From Terriglobia bacterium (GTDB lineage Bacteria > Acidobacteriota > Polarisedimenticolia > Polarisedimenticolales > JAIQFR01): a stretch of DNA of 64,000 bases. The notes beneath the pieces were generated by a model, which saw only the letters and a program-made list of their open reading frames with translations, had not been told where the DNA came from and ran no database searches. Positions 39,801 through 51,995 of this stretch are shown piece after piece; the stretch's first letter is position 1, and the number at the start of each line of letters is the position of its first letter. The translations under genes were made by a program, and so were the position numbers. The stretch spans positions 384,001 through 448,000 of the forward strand of contig CAVVHE010000005.1 in the NCBI GenBank assembly GCA_963748015.1, in the 5' to 3' direction.

Positions 39801-40194
39801 CCGCGAGCGGATCAGGATCGACTTGCCGTCCGGGTACCACTCGGCCACCGTGTCGTTGCCGGGGTGCCAGGTGAGCCGCGCGGGCTCGCCGCCCTCGACC
39901 GGCACCGTGAACGCGTCGACGTTGCCGTCGTACTCGCGCGGTGAAGGCGATCGTCTTGCCGTCGGGCGAGAACTTGGGGAAGCGCTCGATGCCCTCGTGC
40001 GTCGTCAGCCGGGAGGCGACGCCGCCCGCGCGCGCGACCGTCCAGAGGTCGCCGCCGTAGACGAAGACGATCCGGTCGCCCTGGATGTCGGGCTGGCGCA
40101 ACAGGCGGCATTCCTCGAGCGCCATGGAGGGCGAAACGGCGAGCGTGAGAGCGAGGGTGGCGAGGGCGAGACACGTCAGCGTACGGTGGGCCAT
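36808..40194 (-). CDS. Tricorn protease (S41), heavily frameshifted in this sequence
   Basis: Signal peptide; LLRQPDI..RIVFVYGGDLW; PD40 repeats; QMFNEAWRLERDFYY; PDZ; IVDERFNGGG; NEYAGSGGD; GKRTWGGLVG, in alternating frames. Confidence 0.85.
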
Positions 40195-40384
40195 GACCCT
40201 GGATCCTCCTTGTGACCGGTTGCGGAAAACGAGCTCCGAGGGTAGACGCGCCGTCTCCGGCGGGTCAACCGGCGGGCAAGTAATACGTTCGACCGCCATC
40301 CGGGGTTCTGGATGGCGTCATCCGGCTTGACATCGCGGCAGCCGGGCCGTACAAGAATCTCGTAGGGATCCAGGCGAGGCACCC

Positions 40385-43300
40385 ATGCGCACGATCTCGG
40401 TGTCTCTTTCTTTCGTGACGGTTGTGGTGTGCCTGATGGCAACGGCCGCGCCTGTCGCGATGGCGGACATTGGCGGTTCCGACTGGCTGTGGGCGTCGGG
40501 TCCCCCCGCCCCGGAAACCCGAAAGTACGCCGCGATGGCCTACGACAGCACCCGTGGTCGCGTCGTGCTCTTCGGGGGGCTCGGCACCGCGGCGATTCCC
40601 GGAACCTGGGAGCGTGACGCCACCTCCTGGGTCCTCAGGCTCCCCGCGACGAGCCCGCCGGCCCGCTCGGCTCACGCGATGGCGTACGACGCCGCCCGGG
40701 AGCGGGTCGTGCTCTTCGGGGGGTCGGGCGGCTCGGGAGTTCTCGCCGACACGTGGGAGTGGAACGGCACCGACTGGGTCCAGCGGATTCCGGCCACGAG
40801 CCCGCCGGCCCGCTCATTTCACGCGATGGCTTATGACAGCGCCCGTCAGCGCGTCGTTCTCTTCGGGGGGTCCGCCGGCGCCGCGGCTCTCTCCGACACG
40901 TGGGAGTGGGACGGCGCCGACTGGGTGCAGCGGACGCCCGCCACGAGCCCGTCGGCCCGCACGGGGAGCGCCATGGCTTACGACGCCGCGCGGGGGCGGG
41001 TCGTGCTGTTCGGGGGACTGGCGTCGGCAGGCGGCTATCTCGGCGACACGTGGCTGTGGGACGGGGCCAACTGGTACCCGGCGGCATCCGGCTCGAATCC
41101 GCCGGCTCGCGATCGACACGCGATGGCGTACGACGGCGTCCGGCAGCGCGTGGTCCTCCTCGGGGGGAGGAAGTACGGTCCCGCTCCGACCTATGTCGAG
41201 TACCTAGGCGACACGTGGGAATGGGATGGCGCCGCGTGGGCGCAACGCGCGCCCGCAACGAGTCCGAAGACGCGGTGCGGCCACGCCATGGCGTACGACG
41301 CCAGCCGCGGTCGCGTCGCGATCTTCGGTGGAGAGCACCAGTACTTCGACCTGGGATACGGGTTCGAGCTGCTCGCGGACACGTGGGAGTGGAACGGCAC
41401 GGCCTGGGCGGAGTGGACGTCCTCCACGACCACGATCGCGCCGCCGGCGCGCAATCAGCACGCCATGGCGTACGACGGCGCCCGCGGACGCGTCGTGCTC
41501 TTCGGCGGTTACGGCCAGAGCAGCGGCGTTCTCGCCGACACGTGGGAGTGGGACGGATCCGCCTGGGTCCAGAGAGCGCCCGCCGCGAGCCCGCCGGCCC
41601 GCAAGGACCACGCGTTGGCCTACGACGGCGCCCGCGGACGGGTCGTGCTCTTCGGCGGAGCGGGCAACTCCGGGATGCTCGCCGATACGTGGGAGTGGGA
41701 CGGCACGAACTGGGTCCAGAGACTCCCCGCGAAGAGTCCGCCGGCCCGCCAGGAACACGCCATGGCCTACGACGGTATCCGGGGCCGGGTGGTGCTCTTC
41801 GGGGGCGTCGACTCGAGCGGCTACGACCGCTCCGACACGTGGGAGTGGGACGGCACCAACTGGGACCAGAGACCGCCCTCCCACAGCCCGCCGGGCCGGC
41901 GAGGCCACGCCATGGCCTACGACGGCGCGCGCGGGCGTGTCGTTCTGTTCGGGGGCTGGGGCGGCTCCGCTCTCTCGGACACGTGGGAATGGGACGGCTC
42001 CGGCTGGGTCCACAGGACGCCAGTCACGAGCCCGCCGTCCCGCTACTACCTGGCGATGGCCTACGACGGCGCCCGGCGGCGGGTTGTGCTCTTCGGCGGA
42101 ACCGGCGACTCGTACACCTGCCTCGGGGACACCTGGGAGTGGAACGGCATCGACTGGGCCCTGCGGGCGCCCGCGACGAGCCCGCCGGCCCGCCAATTCC
42201 ACGCGGCGGCCTACGACGGCGGCCGGGGAGGTGTCGTGCTCTTCGGGGGCTACGACTGCAACCGGCTGCTCTCCGACACGTGGGAGTACCTGCCGGTCTC
42301 GGCGTGCGAGTATCCCGGCGCGGTCGCGGGCTTCAGTCCGGGCGGAGGCGGCGGCGGGGCGGCGACCGACGCGCTCGGCCCCCTCGACGGGCAGGCCGTC
42401 TCTCTCGGTCTCGGCGGACAGCTCGTCCTCCTCCTGGACCCGCCGGTGCGGGACGCACCGGGGACCGAGCTGATCGTCAACGCGATCGGCGCCGCGAGCG
42501 GAGGCGTGGACGAGAACTACCGCGTAGAGGCGAGCGTGGACCTCGTCTCCTATGTCGTGTTGAGGGATTGTCCGGGGGGCGACTGCCCGGTAGACCTGGC
42601 GGGCTCCGGCCTGCCGTTCGCGCGGTATCTCAGGATCACCGACCTGCCTCCCCAGGAAACGGGCCCGGTCCCGCCGCACCTCGGCGCCGACATCGACGCG
42701 GTGTCCGTCCTCGAGTGCTGCACGACCGGCTTCTGCTGCGGGCAGCTCGACGGGACGTCGTGCGACGACGGGAACGCCTGCACCACGGGAGACCTGTGCT
42801 CCGGCGGCGCTTGCACCGGCGGCCCGCCTCCGTCGTGCGACGATGGAAACCTCTGCACGAACGACTCGTGCAGCCCGCCGGCCGGCTGCGTGCACGCCAA
42901 CAACACGCAGCTCTGCGACGATGGGGACCCGTGCACGTACAACGACCGTTGCAGCGCGGGTCAGTGTGTGGGAATCACCGGATCCGACACCGACCAGGAC
43001 GGGGTGCCCAACATCTGCGACAACTGCTGGGACGTGCCCAATCCGTCCCAATCGGACGCAGACCAGGACGGTGTCGGCGATGCCTGCGACTCCTGCACCG
43101 ATTCCGACGGCGACGGCTACGGCAATCCGGGGTATCCGTCCAACAATTGCGCCGTCGACAACTGCCCCTTTGTCCCGAATCCCACGCAGTCGGACTTCGA
43201 CCACGACAGCATCGGCGACGCCTGCGATACCTGCACGGACTACGACGGCGACGGCTTCGGCAATGCGGGGTTCCCCGCCAGCCTGTGCCCCCACGATAAC

Positions 43301-44395
43301 TGCCCTTTCGTCCCGAATGGGGGACAGCTGGACGCGGACCAGGACGGGGTCGGCAACGCCTGCGACAACTGTCCCGGGGCGGCGAACCCCGATCAACACG
43401 ACGGTGACATCGCGGACCTGACGTTGTCCCAGTGGGCCGTCTCGGCGACGGCGAGCAGCGAGTGGTCCACGCCACCCTACGGCGCGGTGCAGGCGACGGG
43501 CGCTCCCAACGTCTCGAGCTGCGAGGACGACGTCCTGGCCTGGTCGCCTTCCGGAGGAGGAGCCGATCCCGAGTGGCTCGAGGCCCACTACGGCGTGCCG
43601 ATCCAGGCCGCGGGCATCACGGTGTACGAGACCTCCATCTTCGGCTCGGTGTTCCAGATCGATCTCGTGGATTCCGCCGGCGCGTACCACACCGTGTGGA
43701 CCGGTATCGACGGATCGGCCTGCAACGCACCGCTCTCGGCTTCGTGGGCTCGCACGCCGTACCTCGTGACGGGTGCGAGGATCCACACCGCGATCGACGG
43801 TTGGGAGGAGATCGACGCGGTGCAGCTCGTCGGCATCGTGCCCGCGCAGCCTTCGCCCGACGGGCGAGGCGATGCGTGCGACAACTGTCCGCTGGTCCCG
43901 AATGCGGACCAATCCGACGTGGACGGGGACGTCGTGGGAGATGCCTGCGACAACTGCCCCACCGTGCCGAACCCCGACCAGACGGATCTCGATCACGACG
44001 GGATTGGGGACGCCTGCGATCCGGATATCGACGGGGATAACGTCGCGAACGCGAGCGACTGCGCGCCCAACGACGTGACCGCATGGACAGTTCCTGGCGA
44101 AGCCCTGAGTCTCGCTTTCGCGAATGCCAGTGACAAGACATTCCTGACGTGGATACCACCCGGCGCTCCCGGCGGCTCGGCAGTCCGTTACGACCTTCTG
44201 CGGAGCGACGTCGCGAGCAGCTTCTCGGCGGCCTACTGTGTCGTCACGGACGCGACGACGACCACGGCTACGGACGCGAGCGAGCCCTCCGCTGGAGCGT
44301 CGTACCACTACCTCGCGCGCTCGGAGAACGCCTGCGGCGGCAATCTCGGCACCCGTCCCGGCGGCGTGCCTCGAACGGGGCGCGACTGTCCCTGA
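40385..44395 (+). CDS. Large secreted protein: 12 Kelch-like blades, beta-sandwich, Cys-rich repeats, TSP3 repeats with inserted discoidin-like domain, C-terminal '...CP' domain
   Basis: Intact 1336-aa ORF; AMAYD..RVVLFGG x12; CDDGNACT repeats; DxDxDGVGDACDNCP repeats. Confidence 0.92.
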   Translation: MRTISVSLSFVTVVVCLMATAAPVAMADIGGSDWLWASGPPAPETRKYAAMAYDSTRGRVVLFGGLGTAAIPGTWERDATSWVLRLPATSPPARSAHAMAYDAARERVVLFGGSGGSGVLADTWEWNGTDWVQRIPATSPPARSFHAMAYDSARQRVVLFGGSAGAAALSDTWEWDGADWVQRTPATSPSARTGSAMAYDAARGRVVLFGGLASAGGYLGDTWLWDGANWYPAASGSNPPARDRHAMAYDGVRQRVVLLGGRKYGPAPTYVEYLGDTWEWDGAAWAQRAPATSPKTRCGHAMAYDASRGRVAIFGGEHQYFDLGYGFELLADTWEWNGTAWAEWTSSTTTIAPPARNQHAMAYDGARGRVVLFGGYGQSSGVLADTWEWDGSAWVQRAPAASPPARKDHALAYDGARGRVVLFGGAGNSGMLADTWEWDGTNWVQRLPAKSPPARQEHAMAYDGIRGRVVLFGGVDSSGYDRSDTWEWDGTNWDQRPPSHSPPGRRGHAMAYDGARGRVVLFGGWGGSALSDTWEWDGSGWVHRTPVTSPPSRYYLAMAYDGARRRVVLFGGTGDSYTCLGDTWEWNGIDWALRAPATSPPARQFHAAAYDGGRGGVVLFGGYDCNRLLSDTWEYLPVSACEYPGAVAGFSPGGGGGGAATDALGPLDGQAVSLGLGGQLVLLLDPPVRDAPGTELIVNAIGAASGGVDENYRVEASVDLVSYVVLRDCPGGDCPVDLAGSGLPFARYLRITDLPPQETGPVPPHLGADIDAVSVLECCTTGFCCGQLDGTSCDDGNACTTGDLCSGGACTGGPPPSCDDGNLCTNDSCSPPAGCVHANNTQLCDDGDPCTYNDRCSAGQCVGITGSDTDQDGVPNICDNCWDVPNPSQSDADQDGVGDACDSCTDSDGDGYGNPGYPSNNCAVDNCPFVPNPTQSDFDHDSIGDACDTCTDYDGDGFGNAGFPASLCPHDNCPFVPNGGQLDADQDGVGNACDNCPGAANPDQHDGDIADLTLSQWAVSATASSEWSTPPYGAVQATGAPNVSSCEDDVLAWSPSGGGADPEWLEAHYGVPIQAAGITVYETSIFGSVFQIDLVDSAGAYHTVWTGIDGSACNAPLSASWARTPYLVTGARIHTAIDGWEEIDAVQLVGIVPAQPSPDGRGDACDNCPLVPNADQSDVDGDVVGDACDNCPTVPNPDQTDLDHDGIGDACDPDIDGDNVANASDCAPNDVTAWTVPGEALSLAFANASDKTFLTWIPPGAPGGSAVRYDLLRSDVASSFSAAYCVVTDATTTTATDASEPSAGASYHYLARSENACGGNLGTRPGGVPRTGRDCP

Positions 44396-44407
44396 CGACC
44401 CACGTCC

Positions 44408-45169
44408 TTACAGCAGCTCGCAGAGGCGGCGGAACGTCGGGAGGCCGGCGGGGGCGGAGGCGCGCGAGATCATCTCGGGGTCGTCCCAGCGGAAGAACGG
44501 GTTCGTCGACCGCTCCTCCTCGAGCGTGAGCGGCACCGTCACCGTGTCGCCCGCGGCGGCGCGCCGCTCGAGATCCTCGAGCCGCGCGGCGAGCCGGGCG
44601 TTGCCGGGGTCGAAGCGCGCGGCCTCGCGGACGTAGGTCAGTGTGTACTCGTGCGAGCACCAGATCCGCGTGGCGGCCGGGAGCGCCCGGATCTTGACGA
44701 GCGACGCGAACATGTCGTCCGGCGTCCCCTCGAAGAGGTTCCCGATCGTCCCGCCGAAGACGGTATCCCCCGAGAAGAGATCGCCTCCCCCGGCCTCGTC
44801 GGGGACGAAGTAGGCGACGTGGCCGAGCGTGTGCCCGTCCACCTCCAGCACGCGCGCCTCGCGCCCGAGCACCGCGACCGTGTCTCCGTCCGACACCGCC
44901 TCGGTCAGCGCGGGGAGCCGCTTCCGGTCCCGCGCCGCTCCCACGACGCGGACGTCTCCGTGCCGCCGCCGCACCTCCGCGACCCCCGCGACGTGGTCGC
45001 CGTGATGGTGGGTCAGCAGGATCGAGTCGAGTGCCACCGCGTTTCGCTGGAGCCAGAGGGCCACGGGCTCCGCCTCCCCCGGGTCCACGACGGCGGCGCG
45101 CCCGCCCTCGTCGTCCACGAGCACGTAGATGTAGTTGTCGGAAAGCGCGGAGAGAGAGACGACCTTCAT
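44408..45169 (-). CDS. gloB: Hydroxyacylglutathione hydrolase (glyoxalase II)
   Basis: DNYIY, VDPGEA, THHHGDHVAG, GHTLGH, FSGDT, SHEYT, EERSTNPF. Confidence 0.93.
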   Translation of the reverse strand: MKVVSLSALSDNYIYVLVDDEGGRAAVVDPGEAEPVALWLQRNAVALDSILLTHHHGDHVAGVAEVRRRHGDVRVVGAARDRKRLPALTEAVSDGDTVAVLGREARVLEVDGHTLGHVAYFVPDEAGGGDLFSGDTVFGGTIGNLFEGTPDDMFASLVKIRALPAATRIWCSHEYTLTYVREAARFDPGNARLAARLEDLERRAAAGDTVTVPLTLEEERSTNPFFRWDDPEMISRASAPAGLPTFRRLCELL

Positions 45170-45215
45170 GACGTAGCTCCCCTCGGGGCTGCCTCGCCTT
45201 GCGTCGCGTTCCCGC

Positions 45216-46271
45216 TCACCGCGCCCGCTCCCGGTCCATGCGCTCGAAGAACACGTGGAGCGTTCGGGTCAGCGGATCGACGCCCGCTACGAGCGAGGTG
45301 TGCCGCGCGCAGTCGATGAATTCCGCGGGGAGCGCGAGCTCGAGGCGATGGCCGTCGCCGTTCAGGTCCTCGAGGTCGACGAGGCGCGCCGGCTCGCGCG
45401 CGCCGAAGCGCTCCTCGTAGCCGCGGGAGGCGGCGCCGGGAGTCGCGTCCGCCTCGGAGCACGGGAAGCGCGGCAGGAGCGGCCCGCCCCCGGTCCCCTT
45501 CAGGCTCGCGGTCAGGTCGAGCGTGTCCTCGAGCCCCTTCTCGCCGGCCAATACCAACAGGACCTTCTCGGCCGCGTCGGCGTGGCCGAAGACCCGGTCG
45601 GGGCAGGAGGAGCATCCGGACGGGACGAACTTCGCGCCGATCAGCGCGATCGCGAGCGTGTGGCGGTAGCCGTCGCCGAGATCCACGCTGCGCGCGTCCC
45701 TCAAGATCGCCCCCTCGGGAAGCAGGGACGACAGGGTGCCTCGCTCCTTCGCCGCCTTCGGCGGCTCGTAGACGTACGTGGTCACCACGCGCGTGGTGAA
45801 GCTCTGGACGACGACGCTCCGCGTCCTCTCGCGAGGCGGCTTCTTCCCGGTGGCGCTCTTGACCGCCGCCTCGACGGCGTCGGCGTCCCACTCCCGGCGC
45901 GGCGCGGCGAACAGCACGTCGGGGGCCGCCACGGATCCGTCTTCGCCCAGCACCACGTGGATCACGAGGTCGAACGGGCGCCCCGCGTCCTGGATCACGA
46001 GCCAGCTCGACGGCCAGCCGTCCGCCTCGAACAACGTCTCGACGCAGGTCGCGACCCGGTCCGCCGAGAGCACCGCACCCGGGGACCCGAGCACGGTTTC
46101 CTCGGTGCCGTCGGGAAGGCGCACGGTCTTGCCCGCGAGGCGCTCCGCGAGAGACGCCGCGAGCGCTCCCGCGCGGTCCGGGGACGGACGCGGCAGCTCC
46201 TTCGCCGCCGCGAGGCCGGGCGCCAGGATCAGAGCGAGCATCGCGAGCCCGGCGAGTCGAAAGCGCTTCAT
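45216..46271 (-). CDS. Hypothetical exported protein
   Basis: GGAGGG RBS; signal peptide MKRFRLAGLAMLALILAPGLAAA; CSSC and DLNGDG motifs. Confidence 0.7.
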   Translation of the reverse strand: MKRFRLAGLAMLALILAPGLAAAKELPRPSPDRAGALAASLAERLAGKTVRLPDGTEETVLGSPGAVLSADRVATCVETLFEADGWPSSWLVIQDAGRPFDLVIHVVLGEDGSVAAPDVLFAAPRREWDADAVEAAVKSATGKKPPRERTRSVVVQSFTTRVVTTYVYEPPKAAKERGTLSSLLPEGAILRDARSVDLGDGYRHTLAIALIGAKFVPSGCSSCPDRVFGHADAAEKVLLVLAGEKGLEDTLDLTASLKGTGGGPLLPRFPCSEADATPGAASRGYEERFGAREPARLVDLEDLNGDGHRLELALPAEFIDCARHTSLVAGVDPLTRTLHVFFERMDRERAR

Positions 46272-46397
46272 GAGACCCTCCCCGGCCAGACTACATCCGG
46301 GGTTGCCGCGAGACAACCGCGAACGCTCCCGCGCGCAACGAGGTCGAGGCCCGGGCATTGATCGCGGCGGTGCGCACCGCCTAGATTCGACGGCACC

Positions 46398-47825
46398 ATG
46401 CTGCAAGCCGCGGCCGCGACGTCGGCGTCTCCCGTCCTCGACGACCGGTTCTTCCTGATCGAGAGCCTCGGCCGCGGCGGAATGGGAACCGTGTACCGCG
46501 CGTTCGACCGCGCGGAGAGCCGCGACGTCGCGCTCAAGATCCTCGACGACCCCGAGCCCGCCGGCCCCTCGCACCCGCTCTCGGCGGAGTTCGAGGCGTG
46601 GTCGCGCCTCGCGCACCCGAACATCGTCGAGGCGCTCGAGCTGGGACGCTCGCGGCACGGCCCGATCGAGGCGGGAAGGCCGTACCTGGTGCTGGAGTAC
46701 TTCCCGGGCCTTCCCGTGCACCGCGCGCTCCGTCCTGGGAGCGTGAGCGCGGACTCCCTCGAGGCGGTCTCTCGTGGGGTCCTCAGGGCACTCGCGCACG
46801 TTCACGACGCCGGCCTCGTGCACCGCGACGTCAAGCCGGGAAACGTGCTGGTCTCTCCCGCGGGACGCCTGCCGGATCGCGTCAAGATCACGGACTTCGG
46901 TCTCGCGGTGGAGGCCGGAAGAACCGGCGTGCCCGGCCAGGTGAGCGGGTCCATCCCCTACCTCGCCCCCGAGGCGCTGACGGGAGAGGCGCTCGACGGC
47001 CGCGCGGATCTCTACGGCCTCGGCATCCTCCTCTACCACCTCGCGACCGGCCGCATGCCCGCCCCCGGCCAGGAGCCCGGAGAGATCCTTCGCTGGCACC
47101 TCTCGGGGGCCCGTCCCGATCCGAGGGACGCCGCGCCGCGGATCCCCGCGCGCCTCGCGCGATTCATCTCCAGACTGATGGCCCGCGACCGCGACCTGCG
47201 CCCCGCCTCGGCGGCGAAGGCGCTCGACCTGCTCGGCGCGCGGGAGGCCCCGCATCCGGCCGCGCCCTGCCTCGCCGCGGGACGCGCGGAGCGCGCCGTC
47301 CTGCGCCTGGCGATGGACGCCGCGCGACTCGGGGCGAGGCGCCGCTTGGCGCTACCGGCGTCCGATGGGGCGGCGGCATCTCTCCTGCGCGAGGCCCGGG
47401 TGCTCGCGGGCATTCACGGGCTGGCCGCGCACCCCTTGTCGTCCGGCGGGCGGGCGTGCCTGGGCCGCACGGTGCTGCGCCTCCTGCTCGACCGCGGCGC
47501 CGACGCTCGCGCCATCGTCGAGCGGCACCGCCTTCTCGCGGGACTGCCGATCGCGCTCCTCGGCGGCCTGCCCGTCTGGGACCGCGCGCGCGACGGAGCG
47601 GACGCGTCGTGCGACGCCGCGCCGCTGCGCGCCACCGCGCGCGGCGTCGCGGGCTTCCTGCTCGAGTGCTCGACCGCGAGGCCGCTCGTCCTGATCGCGG
47701 GGCGCGCCGCCCTCGCCGACCGGATGGCGCGCGAGGTCACCGCCCTGCTCGACCGCGCCATCCGCGACGACCCCCAGCCCCGTCCCGGCCGCAGCGGCCT
47801 CCTGCTGCTCGTGGAGGAAGACTGA
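46398..47825 (+). CDS. Hanks-type Ser/Thr protein kinase
   Basis: LGRGGMGTVY, VALK, HRDVKPGN, DFG, YLAPE, DLYGLG. Confidence 0.92.
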   Translation: MLQAAAATSASPVLDDRFFLIESLGRGGMGTVYRAFDRAESRDVALKILDDPEPAGPSHPLSAEFEAWSRLAHPNIVEALELGRSRHGPIEAGRPYLVLEYFPGLPVHRALRPGSVSADSLEAVSRGVLRALAHVHDAGLVHRDVKPGNVLVSPAGRLPDRVKITDFGLAVEAGRTGVPGQVSGSIPYLAPEALTGEALDGRADLYGLGILLYHLATGRMPAPGQEPGEILRWHLSGARPDPRDAAPRIPARLARFISRLMARDRDLRPASAAKALDLLGAREAPHPAAPCLAAGRAERAVLRLAMDAARLGARRRLALPASDGAAASLLREARVLAGIHGLAAHPLSSGGRACLGRTVLRLLLDRGADARAIVERHRLLAGLPIALLGGLPVWDRARDGADASCDAAPLRATARGVAGFLLECSTARPLVLIAGRAALADRMAREVTALLDRAIRDDPQPRPGRSGLLLLVEED

Positions 47826-47876
47826 TCGCGCCATGGCTTGGGCGGCGGACCACCGGAACCGTAGGCTCGCCGGGGG

Positions 47877-48060
47877 GCGAACGTTCGCGGGGCCTCTCGC
47901 GGCGACCTCCCTCGGCGACGACCCGCATCGGTCGCGCGAAGGGTCGAGCAAGCGCGATGGCGCAGACCCTAGCGCCATCGCGCTCGACCCTTCGCGCGAC
48001 CGTGCAGGGGTCCCCGTCGCCTCGGGCATCGTCGCCGCGAGAGGCCCCGCGATCGTTCGC
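47877..48060. repeat. 184-bp long imperfect palindrome
   Basis: 47877-47906 pairs with 48031-48060 (29/30); 47929-47949 with 47982-48002 (21/21); 47954-47963 with 47972-47981 (10/10). Confidence 0.85.
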
Positions 48061-48141
48061 TTGGGAGCAGCCGATGCTGGGGTCGACCGAAGGACGGGAA
48101 CGGACCTGTCCAGGTACAACCGACGCCGGGATTAGCCGAAA

Positions 48142-48331
48142 GTCCGGAATCCACGTTCGAATTCGGCCCGAAGCGGCCCTGTTTTCGCGCGGCCGGTTCT
48201 TCCCTTGAAGGCCGCGCGAAAAAAAGTTGAATCAACACTTTCTCGCCCGGGGCGAGCAGGCGGCGCGGCGAAGTTCGCCGCGCAACGCCGCAGCGTGCCG
48301 CGCGGGCCGAATTCGAACGCGGATTCCGGAC
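48142..48331. repeat. 190-bp element with 29-bp terminal inverted repeats and nested hairpins (MITE or structured RNA candidate)
   Basis: 48142-48170 vs 48303-48331 match 28/29; four internal inverted repeats. Confidence 0.75.
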
Positions 48332-48374
48332 GCTGCAGACTACGATCACCCGCCCATGGCGAGGAGGCAGCCGA

Positions 48375-51137
<2,763 letters not shown>

Positions 51138-51315
51138 CGAAATGCCCTCCAAACTGGCTCGCCCGGCCCCCTGGCACGAGGGAGGCCGGCTTCAAGGAAA
51201 ATTCGGTATCGGGTTCGTTCCGGGTACCGCCCGCCCCCCATCCGGGAACGTGAAAAAAGCGCGCTTAGAGATAGCAGGGCGCTTCCGGCCTTGTCAAGGG
51301 CAAATCCCACGAAAA

Positions 51316-51362
51316 CTACCAAGTATTGGACATCTTTTGTCCGTCACCACAACATATTGTGG
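51316..51362. promoter_or_regulatory. Tandem NrdR boxes
   Basis: CCACAACATATTGTGG (51347-51362) and weaker CTACCAAGTATTGGAC (51316-51331), 31 bp apart; minus-strand TTGACA at 51297-51292. Confidence 0.8.
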
Positions 51363-51510
51363 TAGGGGCGGTCGTCCACGGTCCCCGGAAACCCAGCCGA
51401 CACTTCGAGTTACGATGGCACGATTTTAGACCAACCACGTGGGGATCGCGGTCGAGAAGAACGACGGAGCCCGGCCGGCGGCCGGTGTCCTTCTTCCCCG
51501 TCCGGGGGGG

Positions 51511-51897
51511 CTACAGCACGCAGACCTTCTGCTTCCAGGTCGCGTAGAACGCAAGCCACTCCGGGCTGGGATCGACGAAGCAGATCCCCATGCCGCAATC
51601 GAGAATGTGCGCGAGCTGGGCCGGAACCCGCTTCGCCCAGATGACGCGCCCCCAGAAGGTGAAGACGCGGTCCGGGAACTGGACCGAGAGCTGGACCGTC
51701 GTACCGGGCCGGAAGACCTGGTTGGTGTGGATGAACAGGCCCGTATCGGAGACGTTCTTCGTGAAGCCCATCTTGTCCGGGACGGCGGTGCCGAACCGGA
51801 CGAGGAGCCGGCTCCTGGCCCGCTTGATGCGCCGGCTGTCGGCCTTCGCCGACGGCGAGCCGTCTCGAGCGTTGGCCCCGCTGCGCCCTGTCGCCAT
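51511..51897 (-). CDS. PilZ domain protein
   Basis: RRIKR (RxxxR), NVSDTG (D/NxSxxG), GRVIW and GMGICF motifs. Confidence 0.85.
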   Translation of the reverse strand: MATGRSGANARDGSPSAKADSRRIKRARSRLLVRFGTAVPDKMGFTKNVSDTGLFIHTNQVFRPGTTVQLSVQFPDRVFTFWGRVIWAKRVPAQLAHILDCGMGICFVDPSPEWLAFYATWKQKVCVL

Positions 51898-51995
51898 TCC
51901 GGCTCCGATCCCGGGATGGTCCGCTCTCGCATGCTCCCGGCGGAGGACAATATGGTCCCGGCCTTCCGGCCGGGCAACCCGGGAGGGCCTCGTCC

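Noticed and set aside
41204..44308. Long antisense or alternate-frame ORFs (also 48492-51365, 33883-36402, 55342-58038, 7697-10453)
   Set aside because: Arg/Ala/Pro-rich shadow ORFs expected at very high GC, overlapping well-supported genes.
47877..48060. 6S RNA
   Set aside because: Length is similar, but pairing is nearly perfect with no large central bubble, and the context is atypical; not formally excluded without a covariance search.
51416..51430. Sigma54 promoter TGGCACGATTTTAGA
   Set aside because: It lacks the -12 GC and points into the 3' end of an opposite-strand gene.
51140..51500. Cobalamin riboswitch upstream of nrdJ
   Set aside because: No B12-box or core motifs recognised; NrdR boxes explain the regulation.
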